NCBI GenBank assembly: GCA_003344405.1
Contig: NOWV01000014.1
Span: 682,001-746,000, forward strand
Origin: Trichoplax sp. H2
Taxonomy: Eukaryota
Reading direction: 5' to 3'
DNA: 64,000 nt
This document shows, in pieces, positions 55,707-64,000 of the stretch. The notes under the pieces were generated by a model that saw nothing but the letters and a program-made list of their open reading frames with translations, had not been told where the DNA came from and did not search any database. Position numbers and translations under genes: made by a program. How positions within the stretch are numbered: the stretch's first letter is position 1; the number at the start of each line of letters is the position of its first letter.

Positions 55707-57672
55707 TACTTTTTATTCATTTTGCATAATATATTTTAGTCGCACATTACAGTGTTGGAAAAATTCCAGACGCATTGATATATAGAATTTATCATCATAT
55801 AGACGAAAACACTAATCTAGATTGACAATAAACTCTATTGATTGTGAGTTATTTGCAAGATGCCAGAGCAATAGAAAAGATTGCTTTGGTAAATTTGTTG
55901 ATGGTTTACAAATACAATTTTGCAAGGACGCGAAATGACATTTAAGCATTGTCCGACTTTGTTAAGATTAATTAAAAATAAGACAGATATTGATTATTGA
56001 GTATATAGGCATTTATTATTGCTTGGCGATGGTATGTAACGTATGTTGTTGATTCTCTTTACGACAATATTGCTTCTATATTTTTAAATATGTATTTTGT
56101 TGCAACAAAAAAAAATGCAACCTGGTACGTATGACTTGCTCTAATGACAATTTATTGCCAAAATGATAAAAAAAAGTAAATTGAAAACTTAAAACTGAGA
56201 AGTCTTTTGATTTCGATGCGACTACAGCGTGAACTCGGAAAGAGTTCTGACGCCTCAGTTTTCTACATCAACTATGTCATAGTGTATACTGTAAATACAT
56301 TAAGGGTGCACTATCGGCCTTGAGCCACGAAAATCCTAGAGGGTGTATCCATAATCTAATTTATTTAAGACAGACAACAGGCCTACAATGCTACAGGTTG
56401 GTTTGTAGGCCTCCATTGATTGTACAGTTACATGACTTTTTACTGGATAAGTTGTTTCCAGTTTTGCTACGAATTTTTATCTTACTACTCTTCTAATCTA
56501 CGAACTACGACGCTTGATGCGAATGCTATAGGCTGGTAACTATAGTTCGACATCACAGCGCTCAACTTTATTTATACCATTTCTTTTTATAAAATATTTC
56601 TTTTCATAATTTATCCTAAAATATTCTTCATAATGTACAATGTCTCCATTCCTCTATAGAAGGATTGATATCGTATGATGAAATAAATTGTTTGTAAAAA
56701 TTGTAATATGCGTCTAATCTTTGTTTGTTTTTAATTAATACGCTATCGTAGACCGCGAAATCTTTGCGCGCCAACAACTAGAAATGGCGTTAGCAACCAG
56801 TAACCATTGTATATGTATGGGTAATTCTCTATGGCGTTTAGTTCAAAGTTAGAGTAGAAGTAGACCAAGAACTAAAGTACTGTAAGTACTAGTCTACTAC
56901 TAGATCCTCGTTAAGTTGGGCGGAGTCCCTCAAGCCAACTTTTCAGTGTCATGGGTTGCAAAGTTCACGATTCTCTCTCTATTGGACGAAAAATTTTGCC
57001 CAATTGCAAATTCTAGCAGAATTATTTGCCCGTCACTATGGACAACTAAAAGCTAGCTGTAAGAATTAGTCCATGACTAAACGCACAAAACCAAACAACC
57101 AGTTCTAGTCCTAAATAGTCCTAAACACAGTACACAGGACGACCATAGTGGCTAGCACCTCTAGACCACCATTAAGGGGCGTGGCGAGCCCTCTTCAACT
57201 GGCTGAAAGATGTTCAGTTATAGTGTTGCCTTAAATTATGTCTTTCAATTGTGAAGAAATGGCCTCTAAATTTGGCTCCAATTCCATGCAGACAGATCAG
57301 TACAACCTAGAGCAATTGGCCCTTGATATTTTGATTCCTTTTTATCGCAGTATTGAAGAATTCTATTGCTTTCAAGTTTCCAATACAAACTATTAGTCGG
57401 TGTTCCATGTACGATCGCTCCAATTAGCTCCAAGCCTTTTACAAGTCAAGCCTTAACACCGCTCTATAGTAGTGTCTCGTTTCAGATATCCGTTTCACTT
57501 GAAAAGATTAGCAAATTAGTTTGCCCCCCCCCGTATTTATACTACCGTGAACTCTCGGTCTATAAAGTGATATAAATTTGAGGTGGTTTTCCTGAATACT
57601 TTCAAAATTGAAATTGAAATCGTTCTAAGCCCATTCAAATCTTTGCGATCCCGCCATATGGGTCCACCTAGG

Positions 57673-57754
57673 ACAGTGTACAGTACAGTACACCCAGCGC
57701 CCATACTGTACACTGTACCGTACAGTACTGTACACTGTACCGTACAGTACCGTG
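57673..57754. repeat. TA-CNG pentamer island upstream of PPCS with inverted and direct repeats
   Basis: acagtgtacagta (57673) pairs with tactgtacactgt (57704); (tactgtacactgtaccgtacag)x2. Confidence 0.85.
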
Positions 57755-58016
57755 CTTCTCTCGCATTGAAGCACAGACAAGCGGAATCCTGGACATGTGA
57801 ATGTAATATCAATGTTCAAATCGATCACTCCAGCCATCTTGACGATTTTTGCTACGGACAAGAATAACATCGAACACAACTTTGAATGTTAATTCAATCA
57901 GTAGGTTATATTCATGATTAGAAACTGGTATTATTAGTGCTATAGCTAATTTTGGCAATAATTCAAGTCCATCACTTTAGTTTTGCATTGTCATCGAGAG
58001 AAGTATTGAACGTGCA

Positions 58017-60683
58017 ATGAATAGCTATCAAGAGCAAATTGAATTTATGGCAGCAAATCCTCCACCGGATAATATCCATGAAATCCAACTGACCGTTCAT
58101 CAATTCCTGTCTCAACATATCGATCATCGTGATCATCGCATTGCTTTTATAACGGTAAGTCTAGAACAATGATAATAGAATGCTTGTAATGCAAAAGAAA
58201 AAAAATGAATTGGAGGCAGCACAGCTGATGAACCAAGTGGCTGCTTCATTTGAAATGCCTCCACAAATCAATGAATGACTAATACAGTACATGTCCTAGA
58301 GCATTTCGTGATCAAGTTAGAAAAATTGTAATAATAACAATCATCGCTAGGTATAAAAACCGAGATTCCGTTTTACCGTATAGAATGAACGATGACAATA
58401 CTTTAGCCTTGAAGTAGACTGCAATAAAGTCTAAATGAAATTTTGATAATTTACGTATGGCAACATCAGTGATGAATGATATTGAGATGATACGCATAAT
58501 TTAGTGTATGCCGATATAGCATCTTCGAGATCTAATATGTCTATATGCGTGAGTTACACTTAAACGTACAAAATCAGTAGATTAAATAATACGGTCTTAA
58601 CACATCAAGATGCACTATATTAACATATAGCATAATATTGATCAAATATCAGCGTACAAACACTCCTGCTGCTGCTAGAGTTATCTTTTGGTACGCAAAC
58701 GTCATGACATTAGCAATATAACGTTCAATAAATTTAGATTAACTCGATGCAAATGCAAAATATATATTTTGATCGAGTAGCTTTACATGATTATTATGCA
58801 TAGATTATCCTGTATGGTAGTTTAGCCATCTCTTACATCGTGTCAAGAAGTATAAATTCAAAGCTTTATCAAAGAAAAAACTCTGTCACTATAGATTGTA
58901 ACGAGAGTTTGACAAATAAATTACTAAAAAAGTCAAATTCGAGCGTGCTTATTTTTTTCTGCAATAGTCTGGTGGCACTTCTGTTCCATTGGAAAGAAAC
59001 ACTGTACGATTTATTGAAAATTTCAGTTCCGGAAAGCGAGGTTCGGCATCAGCAGAGTATCCTAATCCAAAGAAATAGCGTCGACTATCTTATTTGCAGT
59101 ATTACTGTTAGTACTAACTTACATAAACAGTATGACAACCATTTATACAATAGATGTAGCTGTTTGTGCCTTAACGAAATATATGCACTTGCCAATGTAG
59201 GTATTTTATACGTTGTGGATATATAGTCATATTCTTGTATCGCAAGAGTTCTTTGCAGCCATTTCAACGACACTGGAGGTCTTTAAATTTTCTAGACTCT
59301 TTGGAATGCCACTGTAATAGCGATAACGAAGCTGTAATTACTGGTATGTTGTTACTTAAAAGTTTAGCTTGGACATTGATTCGATAAAGTTATTTAGCCA
59401 TACTAGCTTCCTGATGTCTGAAAAATGTCGATATATTTTGATACAGTAAATAACCCTAAGCTCTTGACAAGTCTGCAATGCTATCAACAGGTAAGATACG
59501 AGTACATCCGTTTGCTATGATATCATCGTCATTGGCAATAACTATTTGAATGAAAATTGAATGGATTTCACTGAGTATTAGTCATTTCGTCTTAAAAACC
59601 TGATATTAGAACGATATGGTAAGATGATTTAATAATGCGCATTCTTAAATTATAGGCTCGAAGTCAAGGAAAACTCTTAGTGATCGATTACACTACTCTA
59701 TTCGATTATTTGCATCTGTTACATGCTATTACCAAAGAATTGAAGGTTTTCCATTCCAGAGCCTTGGTATACCTAGCAGCGGCTGTTTCCGATTTCTATC
59801 TTCCATTGGAGCGAATGGTACAGAAAATTAAAAATCATTTATCTATTCTTTAGCATATCTATATTATCAACTTTTTGCACTTGTCTAAATGACCATGTCC
59901 ATCACTTTTATATGATCTGTTAAATGTTTATTGAAATTTTGCGTCAGAACAGATGAACAATATTTTCGTTCTCTATCGTTGCAAATTGTCATTATTTTTA
60001 CAAATTTCTTAGACTGAGCACAAGATTCAATCTGCTAATGAAAAGCTAACGATACAGCTAGAAGCTGTGCCTAAAATGCTAAAAGTCTTGATTGACGAAT
60101 GGATTTCAAATGCCTATATTGTATCATTTAAGGTATTACTTCTACAATTGCTTTTAGCTTCAGATTAATATAAAACTACAATTGAGATCGTCACAAAGAT
60201 ACACTGACGAAATCTTTATGACTAAATTCCATAATTATTTATTGTAGCTAGAAACAGATCAAAAGATACTTATTGAGAAAGCGCAGCGATCATTACAAAA
60301 GTATTCTCACCAAGTAAGTCCGTGCTTGAGGGTGATCTTAATCCTGAATATTTATTCTGTGCGTATAGACCCACTATAAAATTTTGTGTTTGATACTCGT
60401 GAATGTAATGGAATTCTAATGTTTGTGCTCGCATTCAGCATAGAAATTTTATGTGTGCTTACTTATACATTTATCTTATCCATCCTTAACATATAGTCAA
60501 TTTTTCTATTAGCTAGTCATAGCCAATTTGTTGCAAAGTCGCGAAACTCGAGTAGTGATGGTAACTCTTGCCGGACAAGAAGTTATTGAAATGTCGAATG
60601 ATGAGATTGAATCTGATAAAGAAATTGAAGAAAAAATTATATCCTATATAGTAATGAAACATCAGCATTACGTTAGTTTATAG
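58017..60683 (+). CDS. PPCS: Phosphopantothenate--cysteine ligase
   Basis: Exons 58017-58154, 58968-59056, 59201-59343, 59447-59490, 59656-59817, 60013-60132, 60248-60313, 60513-60683. Motifs [76 protein letters not shown]. Absent from the ORF track. Confidence 0.95.
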
Positions 60684-63600
60684 CTGCGAAGCTGATATAC
60701 TTGTGTATGTGTAAAGACATATATATTTAAATGTTTTACCAGTTGCAACTGGGCTATATTTCTTATTAAAAAAATTTAATTTATGATCGTGGTAAAGTTT
60801 GAAATACTGAATATAAATTTTTTCAGGCGCATTTAATTCTGCGCTACTATTCGCGGTCGACCACTTACAGTTTGTATAGGAATAAAACTAATGATGACTT
60901 AACAATTACTTGGCTTTAAAGGAAGGAACTTACTCTTCTAATATGTCACATTTACTCTTAGTTATTCAGATTGATTACTTTAATCAGTGGTAAGTCTATT
61001 TAGAGAAAAATTAATCTATATTATAAGACATCAGAATAAAGGATCTGATGTTTCTATGATTAGACTACATTGGATTGATACGCGATAAAACTATATCTTC
61101 CTTATTGATGCTAAATGTATGGTCTTGAAAGCTTTCAAGTATCATCGTAAGATAGCAATTTCGTTTAGACGTATAAATGGTATGCTCTAACTCCGAGGCT
61201 ACTTGAACTAAGGATTCTAAAACTTTTTTTAAATGAGTAGAAATCTGTTAATTCATGATATCAAATTAGAGGGGCTGGCTAAACCATGTGGAAGAGGTTG
61301 GCTTAAAAGTGTAAATATTGTAATGAAGACTAAAAAGAAAATATTTACCTACGTACCTTCATGGTTGCATCCTCCTTCCATCTATATATAGTTTACAGAT
61401 ATATATATATTATACATCTATATGGCGATTTTATTTCAAAAATGTTATTTACTATATATAGCACAGTATTGTCTTAAAGGATATCGAAAGAATATATGCA
61501 ATTAAATCATTCACAGCATAATGATGGTTCATAAGTGGATTGGATAGAGCTGTAACATATCATTACTTTAACAAATTGCTAATAAGGATCGTGTTTATTA
61601 AAACTATGACTCATCATAAGTAATATACGACGATGTTTTTTCCGTATTAGTGTGCTATAGGTCTTCAGATCATCGATGATTTAATATATATAATTACTGT
61701 ATAAATGAGTCATCTTATTAAATATACTATACCTAAGGATTTCTTCATCACCTTGTTTCTGGTAAGGGAAACTATGGTATACCGTTTACTTCAGCTGCTT
61801 GCATGGTCATCGTGTACGCGTACAGTATCCCAAGATCGATGATATTGAACAATTCGTTATAGTAATAACTGTAAACGAATTTTATTAAAAGCTATGCTGG
61901 AGTATAACTTTGTAGTTCAGTAGTATTTCTATAAAATACTACAGTGATTAACTTAGATCTTATCAATTGGCTCCTTAATTCTATTTACGCGGTCATACTA
62001 GTAGATCATCTAAAGGGCATGCTCTACGTCGCATATTAACATTTCAGAATTCTCTTCATTAATTAAAAGGGCCCTAACTAAATTTTATATTGATGATCTC
62101 ATCTTTTTATTTTTTGCATAAGTTCTGCAATTATTTGACCTCCGTTCATGCGCCAACTTCTAGGAAATAGTTACAATAAACCATTTTTATGGATATTATG
62201 AAACCATTAATTACGGTATCTTGCACTTTCGCAGTAATAGCAGTACTTTACTATGCAGCGTTAACGAGTCCAAGTTAGCAATGATCTCATTTTTACGTAG
62301 TTAGAACTATAAGAACCATGTCTTGATATAATTCTACCGTTAAAAATGGATAATAATATCTTTGTTGATAATATACTAGGTACCTTCAGGACTTGTACAT
62401 ATGATAATATTCATATATATCTTTTAGGTAGTACAATAACAGATTGTTTGTAGCAATATATTTAACAAAACAATCTTAGCAGAAATATCTTGGTATTGAG
62501 ATTGTTATGCGTCGTTGTTTTGTTCTGAAGAATATACTTTTAAAATATATTGCTTTTTAAACAATAATGCTGTTGATGTAAACAGATGATAATACTGTAA
62601 TCGATCCATATTATACTAATATATTATGCTTATTTATAGTTGCGGTCTACTCGGTATGCAAATAATACGAGAAAAACATATTATCATCATTCACCTCAAT
62701 ACATATGTTACCACATATGGTACTATGAAACGATAATAAAGAAGAGGTATAAAATTTAGAGTACTCTAATGAACAATAAATTTTTGATAGTAAGAGATTA
62801 GTGAAGCAGTAAACAGCTGGCTTTTACCAATTTAGCAATAGTAATACAATGTATATTCTCAATCAACTCGAAGACGATGAAAAACGTAAAGAAGTGCTGA
62901 AGATGACTTTGCATAAATGATGTATTAGGAGTAATTAATTTTGTAAGATGTAACGTGCATCTTGCTTTATATAAGCTATAACTTCATTGATTTTTAAATC
63001 TTTATCGATCTATTTTGACGGTTAGCGATTTAGACAATATGTAGATTAGCTATTCAACCTATCTAAAGGGACCCTTGTTTTTATGCATGTTAGAAATTAA
63101 TTTAAGAATAGTAAGTGCGTGTTATACATTGTCATAGATATCATTTTCTTAATAATTATATAAAGAATACTAAACTGATTAAAGATGCTTATGTTTCTTG
63201 AATAATTAAGAAATTCTGATTTGATCCTAAATTGAACTGGCATTAGTTAAAGCAATCCTTCAAGTTATATTATAGTATCATGCGTGATATTAATCATATT
63301 AAATTGCGATTAATATCATGTATAGCACACATGCATATTGATTATACTGCAACTTTCAATGATGGCTATTTTATAACAAGTGGTAACGATGTCTTATATC
63401 GAGAATTAACGCTATAGTATTTTAAAAGAATCGCCATTGGTTCTACTTTTTGTATAATTTCAATAGTATAAAACTTCATGGCAGTTAAAGGTACAACTCG
63501 TATTAGATATTCCAGTAGTCAGCTCGAACGGAAGCGATTGTAACAATAAATGAATTTTTAATACTACAATTGTTTTTGACCACGTTGAATTGAAAATACG

Positions 63601-64000
63601 TTACAAAATATTAACATGTTTCTAATGTATACGCCACAACTGGTAAATTTTCTGCAAATGATTAGGTTCCTATCAATCGTGCTCTTCTCTGGTACTGAGT
63701 AACATATTAGTCACCGTTCTTTTAATTGCAGTAGTTTTGGAATCGGAATTTTAACTATCGATAGTAATACAATTGGCAGTTTTAGAATTTGAACTCCTGA
63801 TTTAGCTTTATCCGTCTTCTAGCCTTATTCTCGTAAGTTATATCGATCAAAGTAATAACAAATCAAGAGCTAATGTTATTTATTTATTAATTAGAATCCG
63901 TATTGCATAAATACTGTCCAGCATTACTGATTTTTCCACGTCTGTTAATAAATAATATGAATGAGAATATTAAAATTTAATTCCATCAATACGGAAGCAA

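Noticed and set aside
56379-56412. 10-bp inverted repeat aggcctacaa/ttgtaggcct (similar 11-bp one at about 50434-50469)
   Set aside because: Too short to distinguish from chance, with no Helitron end or other supporting context.
60700-64000. Possible exons of a further gene at the window end
   Set aside because: Only isolated short frames with splice-like sites; no consistent chain or recognisable protein.

Overview
AT-rich, intron-containing eukaryotic (animal) DNA with mostly short GT-AG introns. Composition and gene structure resemble a placozoan such as Trichoplax; this is inference only. Splicing exons by hand gives nine protein-coding genes: the 3' part of an AGAP/centaurin-gamma ArfGAP (+), an SLC46/PCFT-like MFS transporter (-), a 5-exon prostanoid-receptor-like class A GPCR with a 6-kb intron after TM6 and a long spliced C-tail (-), sterol-C4-methyl oxidase MSMO1 (+), V-ATPase subunit F (-), a 3xCUB type-I membrane protein (+), FMC1 (-), an SLC34/NaPi-II phosphate transporter (+) and PPCS (+). 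A decayed BACK-domain remnant is also probable. Non-coding structure includes three unrelated minisatellites, each just upstream of a minus-strand gene, and a 185-bp palindrome. There is a CLEAR-like box before the V-ATPase gene and an E-box/CCAAT cluster before MSMO1. Most unusual are promoter-proximal islands built from TA-CNG pentamers that look like stacked Tc1/mariner excision footprints. No rRNA, tRNA or CRISPR array was seen.
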